Assembly (NCBI GenBank): GCA_043798185.1
Contig: JAZDOW010000027.1
Location: 26,586-90,585 of the forward strand
Direction: 5' to 3'
DNA: 64,000 bases
Source: Pseudomonadota bacterium
GTDB lineage: Bacteria > Desulfobacterota > Desulfobulbia > Desulfobulbales > Desulfocapsaceae
Shown: one piece after another, positions 32,188 to 42,469 of the stretch
How the letters are laid out: the number at the start of each line of letters is the position of its first letter
Position numbering within the stretch: position 1 is the first letter of the stretch
Program-made: the position numbers and the translations under genes
Notes under the pieces: generated by a model
The model's input: the letters and a program-made list of their open reading frames with translations, nothing else
The model's database searches: none
Told to the model about the DNA's origin: nothing

Positions 32188-33498
32188 ATGTCTCAACCGA
32201 ATCAAACAGTTCCGACACAGGCTTGGATCACGGTCTTTGCTGGTACAGCAATAAACCTTTGTCTTGGTATTTTATATGCCTGGAGTATTTGGAAAACTGC
32301 TCTGGTGAATGTCGACAAGGCCGGTGAAGTGATGACCGGAATTAATGCCGGGTGGATCTATCTCAACAATGCCCAAGCGGCAACTCCGTTTTCTCTCTGT
32401 GTTATAATCTTTGCATTTCTGATGATCCCTGGAGGGCGTATTCAGGATAAAATCAGCCCTCGTTTCGGAGCGACTCTGGGTGGCCTGACCTTGGCTGTAG
32501 GATGTATTCTGGCCGGCTATTTGAAGAGCTATACTGGTATCATGATTGGCTTTGGTATTCTCGGTGGTATCGGTATGGGTATCGGCTATGCTGCACCGAC
32601 TCCGGCTGCTCTCAAATGGTTTGGTCCACACAAGCGTGGTTTGATCGCTGGTATTGTTGTTGGTGGGTATGGCGGTGCTGCTCTGTACATTGGTGGTCTT
32701 GGCCAGTGGCTTATTACTAATTATGGAATCTCCGGAAGCTTTTACGGTTTGGGAACAATTTTCGCAGTGGTTGTCATTATTGCCGGGCAATTGCTGAAGA
32801 CTCCGCCTGCTGGATATAAACCGCCGATGCTCTCAGGTGGTAATGTCGCCACCGCCGGCTCGACTATTACCAACTGGGAACCAGGTGAGATAGTTAAAAC
32901 CTGGCAATTTTATGCCCTGGTCTTCATGTTCATTATCACCACCCAGTCAGGTCTGCTAATCATTGCCAACGCCAATGGTTTGATGATGAAAGCCGCCAAG
33001 GGTATGCCGTTCTTTGCTGCGAATGCCTGGTTGTTGGTGTCTTACGGTGGTTTCGTCAATGCCGCCGGTCGTGTCGGCACCGGCTTCTATTCCGATAAAA
33101 TTGGACGATTGAACGCCTATTGTCTTAACTGTTCAGTTTCTGCCCTATGTCTTTTCTCGTTGCCCTACGTTATGAAAAGCGGCAGCATACTACTGCTCTT
33201 CTTGGCCGTCGGTATTGCATACTGGCAGTATGGTGGTGGCCTTTCCTTGATGCCTTCTTTTGCCGCTGATTTCTATGGGCCAAAAAATCTTGGAATGAAT
33301 TACGGCTTAATCTTCTTTGGTTGGGGCCTCGGCTTCTTTATGGCCAGACTCGGCGGGACCATCGAAGATTTAACGGGAAGCCTAGCGTACGCTTTTTATA
33401 TTTCTGGAGCGCTGTTGGTAGTGGGTGTTATTCTCGCCAAGATGACCACACGTCCAATGCACGGAGATGAAACCCAGGCTAGCAAAGTAACTGCCTAA
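32188..33498 (+). CDS. OFA-family MFS monocarboxylate transporter
   Basis: LGILYAWS, GGRIQDKISPR, KWFGPHKRG, DFYGPKNLGMNYG; 12-TM pattern; AAGGAG SD before ATG 32188. Confidence 0.88.
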   Translation: MSQPNQTVPTQAWITVFAGTAINLCLGILYAWSIWKTALVNVDKAGEVMTGINAGWIYLNNAQAATPFSLCVIIFAFLMIPGGRIQDKISPRFGATLGGLTLAVGCILAGYLKSYTGIMIGFGILGGIGMGIGYAAPTPAALKWFGPHKRGLIAGIVVGGYGGAALYIGGLGQWLITNYGISGSFYGLGTIFAVVVIIAGQLLKTPPAGYKPPMLSGGNVATAGSTITNWEPGEIVKTWQFYALVFMFIITTQSGLLIIANANGLMMKAAKGMPFFAANAWLLVSYGGFVNAAGRVGTGFYSDKIGRLNAYCLNCSVSALCLFSLPYVMKSGSILLLFLAVGIAYWQYGGGLSLMPSFAADFYGPKNLGMNYGLIFFGWGLGFFMARLGGTIEDLTGSLAYAFYISGALLVVGVILAKMTTRPMHGDETQASKVTA

Positions 33499-33671
33499 AT
33501 CTGGGATGTTGGGTTGAGTTCTTTGGAAAATATCTTTGCACAAAATGTACGTAATTTTTCCAATGTATTACGCACCATAATTTTCCTCAGTCAAATGGAC
33601 AAAGGTTCAAACGCGTGTTTGGGTCTTTGTTAAGTGATAATCTTATTAGCCATGTACAAGGAGTGAAATTC

Positions 33672-35714
33672 ATGAGTGAAAAAAATATTGTTGAAACTTC
33701 GGAAGCTGAAATTGCGGTTCATTGGCAGGAAGAAGAAAAATATTATCCAAACTCGAAATTTGTCGGTCAGGCAAACCTCACCGATCCAGCCATTTTCGAA
33801 CGTATGAGCTTGAAGAATTTTCCCGACTATTATACTGAGTTTGCCGATATGCTGACTTGGTATAAGTCTTGGGACCAAGTGCTCGATACAAGTGATGCAC
33901 CCTGTTTCAAATGGTTTAAAGGCGGCAAGATTAACGCCAGCTATAACTGTATAGACAGGCATCTGGCCAAGAATAAAAATAAAACTGCCATCCATTTTGT
34001 TTCCGAGATAGAAGAAGAAAGAATTGTCCATATCACCTATCAAGAGCTCTATGTGCGTGTCAATGAGTTTGCTGCACTCCTCAGAGATAGCGCGGGCCTG
34101 AAAAGAGGCGACCGGGTGACGGTCCACATGCCGATGTCGGCAGAGTTGCCCATTACCATGTTGGCTTGTGCTCGCCTGGGGATTATCCACTCCGTGGTCT
34201 TTGGTGGTTTTTCCTCGAGTGCCTGCGCCGACAGGATTGTCGATTCAAACAGCCGGGTACTTATCACCATGGATGCCTACTACCGCGGCGGAAAGCTTCT
34301 CAATCATAAAGCGGTTGATGATGAGGCCTGCCAACTTGCAGCCAAAGACGGGCAAAAAATTGACAAGCTTCTCATCTGGCAGCGTTATCCAGGGAAGATG
34401 TCTTCGGAAGCGCCACTTGTTGAAGGGCGTGATGTGATAGTCAACAACGAACTTAAAAAATATTACGGAGCCAGGGTAGAGCCTGAGCAAATGCTCTCGG
34501 AGGATCCACTCTTTTTGATGTATACCAGCGGTACAACGGGTAAACCAAAAGGCGCACAACATAGCACCGGCGGCTATCTTTCGTATGTGACGGCCATGTC
34601 CAAGTACATCCAAGATATCCATCCCGAGGATGTTTACTGGTGTATGGCTGATATCGGCTGGATTACCGGCCATTCCTTCATTGTCTACGGCCCATTGGCG
34701 CTGTGTGCTTCTTCGGTGATTTTTGAAGGCGTGCCGACCTATCCCGATGCCGGACGTTCCTGGCGGATAGCGCAGGATCTCGATGTTAATATCTTCCATA
34801 CCGCACCGACTACAATACGTGGCCTGCGAAAGGTTGGCCCGGATGAACCGGCCAAGTACAATTATCACTTCAAACATATGACCACGGTTGGTGAACCGAT
34901 TGAGCCTGCCGTGTGGAAGTGGTACCAAGAGAAAGTAGGAAAGGGCGAAGCCGTCATTGTTGATACCTACTGGCAGACTGAAAATGGCGGTTTCCTCTGC
35001 TCAACCGTACCTGGTATCCAACCAATGAAACCGGGCAGTGCCGGACCTGGAGTTCCTGGTATGCATCCTATTATTTTTGATATAGATGGCAATGAAGTAC
35101 CTGCTGGTTCAGGAAAAGCCGGCAACATCTGTATGCAGAATCCATGGCCAGGTATGTTCCAGACCATATGGGGCAACAGAGAGCGTTTTGTTGATACATA
35201 TTTTAGTATGTACAACAAGAATCCGAACAGTAAGGATTGGCGTGACTGGCCGTATCTGACCGGTGACGCTGCGGTGATGGCCGCGGACGGGTATATTCGT
35301 GTCCTCGGTCGTATTGATGACGTCATCAATGTTTCCGGCCATCGTCTCGGTACCAAGGAGATTGAGTCGGCTTGCCTGAATGTTAACGAAGTTGCCGAAG
35401 CAGCAGTTGTTCCGGTAGCTCATGAGATCAAGGGCAAAGAGCCAGAGGTGTATATTGCCCTCAAGCCTGGATTCAAAGCGTCACCGGAGATTGTCCAGAA
35501 AGTTGCCGATGCCATTACCTTCTCGATCGGCAAAATTGCCAAATGTAGAAACATCTGGATAGTGCCCGACATGCCGAAAACACGTTCCGGTAAGATCATG
35601 CGCCGGGTCCTAGGTGCCATCTCCAATAAAGGGGATGTCGGCAACGTCATGACGCTTGCTAATCCTGAGATAGTTGAGCAGATTCAAAAGATGGTTAACG
35701 ATAAACTTAAGTAA
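33672..35714 (+). CDS. acs: Acetyl-CoA synthetase (AMP-forming)
   Basis: YTSGTTGKPKG, DIGWITGHS, VDTYWQTE, SGHRLGTKEIE, PKTRSGKIMRR. Confidence 0.93.
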   Translation: MSEKNIVETSEAEIAVHWQEEEKYYPNSKFVGQANLTDPAIFERMSLKNFPDYYTEFADMLTWYKSWDQVLDTSDAPCFKWFKGGKINASYNCIDRHLAKNKNKTAIHFVSEIEEERIVHITYQELYVRVNEFAALLRDSAGLKRGDRVTVHMPMSAELPITMLACARLGIIHSVVFGGFSSSACADRIVDSNSRVLITMDAYYRGGKLLNHKAVDDEACQLAAKDGQKIDKLLIWQRYPGKMSSEAPLVEGRDVIVNNELKKYYGARVEPEQMLSEDPLFLMYTSGTTGKPKGAQHSTGGYLSYVTAMSKYIQDIHPEDVYWCMADIGWITGHSFIVYGPLALCASSVIFEGVPTYPDAGRSWRIAQDLDVNIFHTAPTTIRGLRKVGPDEPAKYNYHFKHMTTVGEPIEPAVWKWYQEKVGKGEAVIVDTYWQTENGGFLCSTVPGIQPMKPGSAGPGVPGMHPIIFDIDGNEVPAGSGKAGNICMQNPWPGMFQTIWGNRERFVDTYFSMYNKNPNSKDWRDWPYLTGDAAVMAADGYIRVLGRIDDVINVSGHRLGTKEIESACLNVNEVAEAAVVPVAHEIKGKEPEVYIALKPGFKASPEIVQKVADAITFSIGKIAKCRNIWIVPDMPKTRSGKIMRRVLGAISNKGDVGNVMTLANPEIVEQIQKMVNDKLK

Positions 35715-35738
35715 AACTATTTTGTACGGATGAAAAAT

Positions 35739-35775
35739 GGTGAGAACCCTTTTCTGGGTTCTCACCTTTTTTTTT
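35739..35775 (+). terminator. Intrinsic terminator after acs
   Basis: GGTGAGAACCC/GGGTTCTCACC stem followed by T9. Confidence 0.88.
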
Positions 35776-35847
35776 GGAATTATTATGCTGTTTCAGTTAA
35801 AGAGAAGAAAAGGATTCAGTAAATGATATAAAAAAGGAGGGCTGGTT

Positions 35848-36501
35848 TTGGATTTTAATTTTCCATATCTTGTTGATTATTCTCACTTTGTGCTGGAAGA
35901 TGCAGTGATATTTTGTGTTGCCGCGCTAGCAGGGATCATGGTTTGCGCCGAGGGGCAAGCTTTTGTTGCAACGTTGCTTGGTGATTCTCGGGTAGGTGCC
36001 AAAGACCGATTTCACTACAATGTTTTTCTACATATGAGTGTCCTTGGCACCTTGAATTTCCTGGTGGCGGGTTTTGGCTGGTCAAGAGAGATGGATATAG
36101 ATGAAACAAAGTTTAAAAACCACCCAAGGCTTTTTCTGGTAATTGCAAGAGTGGCCGGTCCGTTATCAAACTTGTTGCTGGCCAACATTGCAGCAAGCCT
36201 CAGTTGGCTGATTGGCACATTCGAATTAGAGGACAAGGTTTTTTCGACGATAGCTGTTGTCAATGTCACTATGGCAGTCTATGGCCTATTAATGGTACCA
36301 CCGCTTCCTGGCTCAGGCTTGCTTTTTGCTCTCTTTCCAAATAATGACTTTTTTGCCAAGGTGAAAAAGAATTTCAGAATAGTCGGGCCATTTATTATAA
36401 TCGGCACTTTTGGTGCAGTCAGGTTGAGTGGATGGGATGGACTCAGTTCAGTATTCACTCCGATTGTATCTGCCATCACTAAAGCTATCCTTGGCCTCTA
36501 G
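35848..36501 (+). CDS. Site-2 protease (M50)-like membrane protein lacking metal ligands
   Basis: LLGD, GFGWSR, AGPLSNLLLA, PPLPG; HExxH position reads AEGQA; AAGGAGG SD before TTG. Confidence 0.7.
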   Translation: MDFNFPYLVDYSHFVLEDAVIFCVAALAGIMVCAEGQAFVATLLGDSRVGAKDRFHYNVFLHMSVLGTLNFLVAGFGWSREMDIDETKFKNHPRLFLVIARVAGPLSNLLLANIAASLSWLIGTFELEDKVFSTIAVVNVTMAVYGLLMVPPLPGSGLLFALFPNNDFFAKVKKNFRIVGPFIIIGTFGAVRLSGWDGLSSVFTPIVSAITKAILGL

Positions 36502-36516
36502 TAAAGATCATCAAGA

Positions 36517-38403
36517 CTATGCATCCAACTCGTTAAAGCGGCAACTGAGGATGAGATCTCCATCTTCATATTGGGTTTTGACTTTATAGGGTAACGTTTT
36601 AAAAAGATTAATCATTGCCTTGTTGCTGGGAAAGGTGTAAGCCATTAACCCACCTACACCGTTCTCTCTGGCGACCGCAGCCAATTTCTTCAGGAAAAAG
36701 GTGCCTAAGCCTTTCCCTTGGTATTCCTCGCTGACGGAGAATGCCACTTCGGCAAGATTCTGGTCCGGCAGTTTCATGCTCTCCGCGACCGCCACAACAC
36801 GACCGAAACCAAACTCACCGACAACAGCCACGAAGGTTAAGTCATTCACATAATCGACATGTGACCGGCTTTCCATCTCTGCTCTGGCAAAAATGGTTTT
36901 TTGACAGAAAAATCTCGTGAGGACATCTTCTTTCGGGAGACTGTAATAATGCTCCTGGATGCGTCGTTCATCGACAGGTTTTGAGGGTCGGATGGTAACT
37001 TTTGTGCCGTTAATTGAGAGAGTCTCCTCCATCTGGACAGGATATACTGCCCTAGCTGCTTCTCCAAGAGTTCTTTCAGCACCAATAAAACCACGTTGTT
37101 TCGCCGCTTCAAACAATTCCTCTCGGAATATTGGATGAGCAATACTGATCATCGCTATGACTCGCTCTTGAAGACTTTTACCAAAGAGATTAACGGAACC
37201 ATACTCCGACACAACATAATGGACGTCTCCACGTGGAACGACTACCACATGATCTTGGATGTACGGAACAATATTGGATTTAATACCATCAGCCGTTTCG
37301 CTGGTGGAGAAAATCATGAGGATCGATTTTCCCCCTGGTGATCGTCGAGCACCCCTGACAAAGTCAGGGATGCCGGATACTCCTGCAAATCGGGTTGCCG
37401 CAGAGGCCTCTGACGACACTTGTCCTGTAAGATCAATGAGTTTTGCTACATTCAAAGAAACCATCCGGTTGTGTTGGGAAATTACAAACGGATCGTTCAC
37501 GTAGTCGGAGGGATGAAAATCAATAGCTGGGTTATCATTTAAGAACTCGTAAAGATTATGGCTACCTATGGCCATTGATGCAACCATCTTTCCTTCGTTT
37601 AGACCTTTTTTCTTGTTGTTGATGTTGCCCGTGGCGTAGAGATGCATGATGTCATCAGTAAGGAACTGTGAGTGAACACCAAGGTCGTTCTTGTTGGAGA
37701 GTCCCTGAACAGTTGCTTGGGAAGCGGAATCGAGTCCGATCTGTAGAGTTGAACCGTCCTCTATCAGGTTAGCGATATGTCTGCCGATACTGATTGCAGC
37801 TTCAGAGGTTATTTTTGAGGCTGGAACCGAGAGAAGCTCCTCTTCGTATTCCACAAGGAGGTCGACATCATTCACATGAATAAAGCTTTGTCCCATAATC
37901 CTAGGCATTTTTGGATTAACTTGGGCAATGACGAAATCGGCAGATCGTGCTGCAGCCATTGTTACATCAACAGAGATGCCAAGACTCATCCAGCCAAAAT
38001 CGTCAATGGAGGAAACCTGGATTAAAGCAACATTCAAAGGAAGTTTACGCTTTATAAATAAGCTAGGGACATCCGACATATTCATCGGCGTTATAAATCT
38101 TCTCTGTTGGGCTATGGTCAAATTGGTAGTAGAGCCAAGATAAATCGAGCGAATATTCAGGTTGGTGTCTTTGGTTTTATCAGCTATGGCAGCCAGAGAG
38201 GCAGTCTCTCTGCCAAGAAGACGAACAATCTCTAGCCCACTGAATTTATTGGTATTTTCAACAAGTGTCTTGACGAGGATCTGGGGTTCACCGCAGCCTG
38301 ATCCAATAAAGACCCTGTGGCCAGATTTGATTCTTGAGATGGCCTTATCCGCGGTTACTGATTTCTGTAAATAACTGTCTGCCCAATATTGAGAATTTGG
38401 CAT
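36517..38403 (-). CDS. Acetyl-CoA hydrolase/CoA-transferase-like domain fused to a C-terminal GNAT acetyltransferase
   Basis: GSGCGEP, IEDGSTLQIG, DLTGQV, DFVRGA, DVHYVVSEYG, IAHP; GNAT AEVAFSVSEEYQGKGLG..N..M. Confidence 0.88.
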   Translation of the reverse strand: MPNSQYWADSYLQKSVTADKAISRIKSGHRVFIGSGCGEPQILVKTLVENTNKFSGLEIVRLLGRETASLAAIADKTKDTNLNIRSIYLGSTTNLTIAQQRRFITPMNMSDVPSLFIKRKLPLNVALIQVSSIDDFGWMSLGISVDVTMAAARSADFVIAQVNPKMPRIMGQSFIHVNDVDLLVEYEEELLSVPASKITSEAAISIGRHIANLIEDGSTLQIGLDSASQATVQGLSNKNDLGVHSQFLTDDIMHLYATGNINNKKKGLNEGKMVASMAIGSHNLYEFLNDNPAIDFHPSDYVNDPFVISQHNRMVSLNVAKLIDLTGQVSSEASAATRFAGVSGIPDFVRGARRSPGGKSILMIFSTSETADGIKSNIVPYIQDHVVVVPRGDVHYVVSEYGSVNLFGKSLQERVIAMISIAHPIFREELFEAAKQRGFIGAERTLGEAARAVYPVQMEETLSINGTKVTIRPSKPVDERRIQEHYYSLPKEDVLTRFFCQKTIFARAEMESRSHVDYVNDLTFVAVVGEFGFGRVVAVAESMKLPDQNLAEVAFSVSEEYQGKGLGTFFLKKLAAVARENGVGGLMAYTFPSNKAMINLFKTLPYKVKTQYEDGDLILSCRFNELDA

Positions 38404-38996
38404 TAATGATCTCCTATTGATATTTCGATTTTCAGCAACCGCCCAGTTACTAAAAAAAATTGATCGTGTGGTGGAGTAAGATTGATAAATGTCACCAGAG
38501 AGGCAAGGCGTTTATCCTGAAATAATATAATACCGCGAAAGCTATCACAATACAATTTCAACCACAAAAAAGAGGGTTCTGGGTGGCGAAAGTTTTTAAA
38601 CCTGATGAGTCTGGCTGACTAAGACGAGAAATCCAGCACTAATTTGTGAAATCTGCTTTAGGTGATCTTGTTAAAATTGTCGGTTCACACGACAATTGCG
38701 CAACCCTGGAGAGGTCATGAGCTTTTCTGTGGCGTTGGTCAGGGAGAGGAGACTACGGAGTGCAAATAGGGCGAGAGAACAATAGTGCTAAACGAGCTTT
38801 TATCGCCAATTTCGGCAATTGATAGTTCTCTTTAGGGGTCGTATCGGTCGTTTATGGTGAAGATTGGGAAAATACAAGTTTATTAAAGCACTAACTTAGG
38901 GACTTATGGAGATGTGAAGGTGATGGTGTGCAATCGATTTGAATAATAAGGAAAATTGAAGGTTATGATATAACAAAGCTTCAGGGGACTTGTGGT

Positions 38997-39009
38997 GTAA
39001 CATTGTTCT
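38997..39009. promoter_or_regulatory. Putative TetR operator (distal, 11/13 match)
   Basis: GTAACATTGTTCT versus consensus GTAACAnTGTTAC. Confidence 0.4.
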
Positions 39010-39211
39010 TTTTTGAAAATGATGTGCAACGGAATATTGATAATATTAAATAAATACAGGTAAATATCAATGTCACTAAATTTTAAACTCATCAATATTT
39101 GATCTATTCAGGGGCGTATTGGCTAATTATTTTGGTTGAAAATAAATCTACTAACACATTGTAACTAAAGGATATAGTGTGGATCTAAGTAAAATAGGTT
39201 AAAAATTAAGT

Positions 39212-39224
39212 GTAACAATGTTAA
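39212..39224. promoter_or_regulatory. Putative TetR operator upstream of prpE
   Basis: GTAACAATGTTAA (12/13). Confidence 0.6.
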
Positions 39225-39312
39225 ATTTTGCCTTGAAGTATGGATGGGTTTGAAGTATACATTTCTGTGGAAACTGATGGATGGACTAAAATTCATACCA
39301 AAAGGAGTTTGT

Positions 39313-41208
39313 ATGGCGACTTATGATGAAGTGTTTCAGAACAGTGTGAAAGATCCCGAAGGTTTTTGGGCGAAAGCGGCAGAAAGCATCACCTGGTTTA
39401 AGAAGTACGACAAAGTTTTAGATTCCTCAAACCCTCCGTTTTACAAGTGGTTTCCCGGCGGTAAAATGAACACTTGCTACAATGCGGTTGATCGCCATGT
39501 GGAAGGTGGCCGTGCGGACCAAGTTGCAATCATTTATGACAGTCCTGTTACTAACACTATCAAAAAGATTACCTATAAAGAACTCCTGGACAAAGTATCG
39601 ACATTCGCCGGTGCATTGGCAAGCCAGGGTGTTGTTAAAGGAGATACCGTAGTTATTTACATGCCGATGATTCCTGAGGCTGCAATAGCTATGCTGGCAT
39701 GTGCGAGGTTAGGGGCCATTCACTCGGTTGTTTTTGGTGGTTTTGCACCCCATGAACTTGCAATTCGAATCGATCATGCCCAACCGAAATTATTGATAAC
39801 TGCCTCAGGGGCTATTGAAGGCAAAAAAGTCCTTTCTTATAAACCGCTTGTTGATAGCGCTATTGAGCAGTCAACCCATGAAGTGAAAAAGGTTATTCTC
39901 TTCCAGCGCGATATTGTCAAGTCCGAGATGACCCCCGGTCGTGATCTTGACTGGGCAGAATTGGTAAGCAAGAGTTCTCCGGTCGGCTGTACCGAGGTCG
40001 ATGCGACTGATCCGCTGTACATTCTCTATACTTCCGGCACAACCGGGATGCCCAAAGGGGTGATTCGGGATAATGGTGGACATGCAGTGGCTCTGCATTG
40101 GACCATGAAGAACCTTTACAATATTAATCCCGGTGAAGTGTGGTGGTCTGCATCCGATGTTGGTTGGGTCGTTGGTCACTCCTATATCGTTTATGCCCCT
40201 CTTTTGCAAGGCTCGACCACTGTTTTCTATGAAGGAAAACCTGTTGGAACTCCTGATGCAGGTGCTTTCTGGCGGGTAATTTCCGAGCATAAAGTTAAAA
40301 CCTTGTTTACCGCTCCTACGGCTTTCAGGGCAATTAAAAAAGAGGATCCTCAAGGGATTCATTTTGCAAAATACGACACTTCTTGTTTTGAGTGTTTGTA
40401 TCTTGCCGGCGAGCGAACCGATCCCGACACCCTGCACTGGGCTGAAAAGCTGATAGGTGTCCCCATTATCGATCATTGGTGGCAAACCGAGACCGGTTGG
40501 GCGATCGTCGGCAATTGTCGAGGTATTGAGCAGCTTCCCGTCAAGGAGGGATCGCCGACCAAACCGTTGCCGGGGTATGATGTTCGCATAGTCAACGATG
40601 AGGGTGAAGCAGTACCCAAGGGAACTAACGGGAATATTGTCATTAAGCTTCCGCTACCGCCAGGCAATTTGACCACCCTCTGGAGAAATGATGAGCGTTT
40701 TGTTAAGTCATACATGGCTAAATTCCCAGGGTTTTATGAAACCAGTGATGGAGGATTTATTGATGATGACGGCTATGTATATGTCATGGGTCGCATGGAT
40801 GACGTAATTAACATCGCCGGCCATCGGCTATCAACCGGAGCAATGGAGGAAATTATCTCCAATCATCCTGATGTAGCTGAGTGTGCGGTTTTCGGAGCCG
40901 ACGATCAAATGAAGGGTCAGTTGCCCGTTGGTCTGTTTGTCGTTAAAGCCGGTGTCACTCGTGATGGTGAGGAAATAAAGAAAGAATTGGTGAAGATGGT
41001 TCGTGAAACAATTGGTCCCATTGCTTGTTTCAAGGATGCCTGTCAGGTTGCTCGCCTGCCAAAAACCAGATCCGGAAAGATTCTCCGGGGCACCATGCGC
41101 TCTATTGCCAATAACCAAGAATATCGAACCCCATCGACCATCGATGATCCTGCAATTCTTACTGAGATCACTGAAACTCTGGCAAAAATGGGATATGTGA
41201 AAAAGTAG
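39313..41208 (+). CDS. prpE: Propionyl-CoA synthetase
   Basis: YTSGTTGMPKGVIRDNGG, SDVGWVVGHSY, GKPVGTPDAG, DHWWQTETG, PKTRSGKILR; AAAGGAG SD. Confidence 0.9.
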   Translation: MATYDEVFQNSVKDPEGFWAKAAESITWFKKYDKVLDSSNPPFYKWFPGGKMNTCYNAVDRHVEGGRADQVAIIYDSPVTNTIKKITYKELLDKVSTFAGALASQGVVKGDTVVIYMPMIPEAAIAMLACARLGAIHSVVFGGFAPHELAIRIDHAQPKLLITASGAIEGKKVLSYKPLVDSAIEQSTHEVKKVILFQRDIVKSEMTPGRDLDWAELVSKSSPVGCTEVDATDPLYILYTSGTTGMPKGVIRDNGGHAVALHWTMKNLYNINPGEVWWSASDVGWVVGHSYIVYAPLLQGSTTVFYEGKPVGTPDAGAFWRVISEHKVKTLFTAPTAFRAIKKEDPQGIHFAKYDTSCFECLYLAGERTDPDTLHWAEKLIGVPIIDHWWQTETGWAIVGNCRGIEQLPVKEGSPTKPLPGYDVRIVNDEGEAVPKGTNGNIVIKLPLPPGNLTTLWRNDERFVKSYMAKFPGFYETSDGGFIDDDGYVYVMGRMDDVINIAGHRLSTGAMEEIISNHPDVAECAVFGADDQMKGQLPVGLFVVKAGVTRDGEEIKKELVKMVRETIGPIACFKDACQVARLPKTRSGKILRGTMRSIANNQEYRTPSTIDDPAILTEITETLAKMGYVKK

Positions 41209-41221
41209 TTGTTTTTTAACC

Positions 41222-41256
41222 GGGTAGCTACCTTCGTGGTAGCTACCCTTTTTTTT
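41222..41256 (+). terminator. Intrinsic terminator between prpE and sucC
   Basis: GGGTAGCTACC/GGTAGCTACCC 11-bp stem plus T8. Confidence 0.88.
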
Positions 41257-41311
41257 CATTTCCAAAGGAGCGAGAGTAACTTCGAGCTCCGTTTTCTTAG
41301 GACGGCTTTTT

Positions 41312-42469
41312 ATGAAGATTCACGAATACCAGGCGAAAGAGCTTTTTCGCAAGTACAAGGTGCCGACTCCCGAAGGCGGTGTAAGCAATTCAGTTGAAGA
41401 TATTGAGAAAATTGCTGCGGGACTTGGTTTGCCTGTTGCCGTCAAGGCTCAAATACATGCTGGTGGTAGGGGCAAGGGCGGTGGAGTTAAAGTGGCCAGA
41501 ACCAGTGATGGCGTTACTGAAGCCGCAAAGGCAATCCTTGGGATGACCTTGGTGACCAAGCAGACCGGTCCGGAAGGGCGGGTTGTCAAAACAATTCTAG
41601 TGGAAAAAGGGGTGGCGATCAAGAAAGAGATGTATCTTTCGATTGTTCCCGATCGTAGTACAGCTACGGTGACAATTATCGCCAGCCAGGATGGCGGTAT
41701 GGATATAGAAGAAGTTGCAGCAAAAACTCCTGAACGGATAATCAAAGTTGCTGTTAATCCGATCACTGGTATCCGGAACTATCATGTCGGTCGGGTTATG
41801 TTTGGTCTGGAACTCGAGAAAGGACTCATGAAAGAGTTTTCGGCAATTCTAAAAAATCTCTATTCGCTCTTTGTCGATTATGATTGTTCTATGGTGGAGA
41901 TTAATCCCTTGATCATCACCGAAGATAACAAAATTATAGCTCTTGATGCGAAGATGGATATCGATTCCAACGCGCTGTATCGGCATCCCGATGTCCTGGC
42001 TATGCACGATCCTAATGAGGATGATCCGACTGAGGCTGAAGCTGCTAAGTACAATCTGAATTATATTAACCTCGGCGGCAATGTCGGGAATATGGTCAAT
42101 GGTGCCGGGTTAGCCATGGCAACTATGGATATTATCAAGCAGGCTGGGGCTGAACCTGCCAATTTCCTTGATGTCGGCGGTGGTGCCAATGCTGAGATGG
42201 TGGAGAATGGATTTCGTATCATTCTCAGCGATTCAAAAGTGAAAGGGATTTTGATCAACATTTTTGGAGGTATCCTGCGTTGTGACGTTCTGGCTCAAGG
42301 CGTTGTTCAGGCAGCAAAGAAGATCCAACTCTCGGTGCCGGTAGTTGTCCGGATGGAAGGGACAAATGTCGAGGAAGGCCGAAGAATTCTCAGTGAGTCC
42401 GGGCTGAAGCTAATTAATGCCACCGATCTAGCCGATGCCGCCAAAAAAGTAGCGGAAATTGTTGCCTAG
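41312..42469 (+). CDS. sucC: Succinyl-CoA ligase beta subunit
   Basis: [42 protein letters not shown]. Confidence 0.97.
   Translation: MKIHEYQAKELFRKYKVPTPEGGVSNSVEDIEKIAAGLGLPVAVKAQIHAGGRGKGGGVKVARTSDGVTEAAKAILGMTLVTKQTGPEGRVVKTILVEKGVAIKKEMYLSIVPDRSTATVTIIASQDGGMDIEEVAAKTPERIIKVAVNPITGIRNYHVGRVMFGLELEKGLMKEFSAILKNLYSLFVDYDCSMVEINPLIITEDNKIIALDAKMDIDSNALYRHPDVLAMHDPNEDDPTEAEAAKYNLNYINLGGNVGNMVNGAGLAMATMDIIKQAGAEPANFLDVGGGANAEMVENGFRIILSDSKVKGILINIFGGILRCDVLAQGVVQAAKKIQLSVPVVVRMEGTNVEEGRRILSESGLKLINATDLADAAKKVAEIVA

Noticed and set aside
33630-35650. Several minus-strand ORFs of 70-227 aa over acs (similar sets over prfC, icd, prpE and the radical SAM gene)
   Set aside because: Antisense to well-conserved genes; explained by codon bias
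38601-38632. Hammerhead-like CTGATGAGTCT...AGACGAGAAA
   Set aside because: Stem II is followed by GAGA rather than GAAA, and I could not build stems I and III with an NUH cleavage site; an Infernal hammerhead scan would settle it
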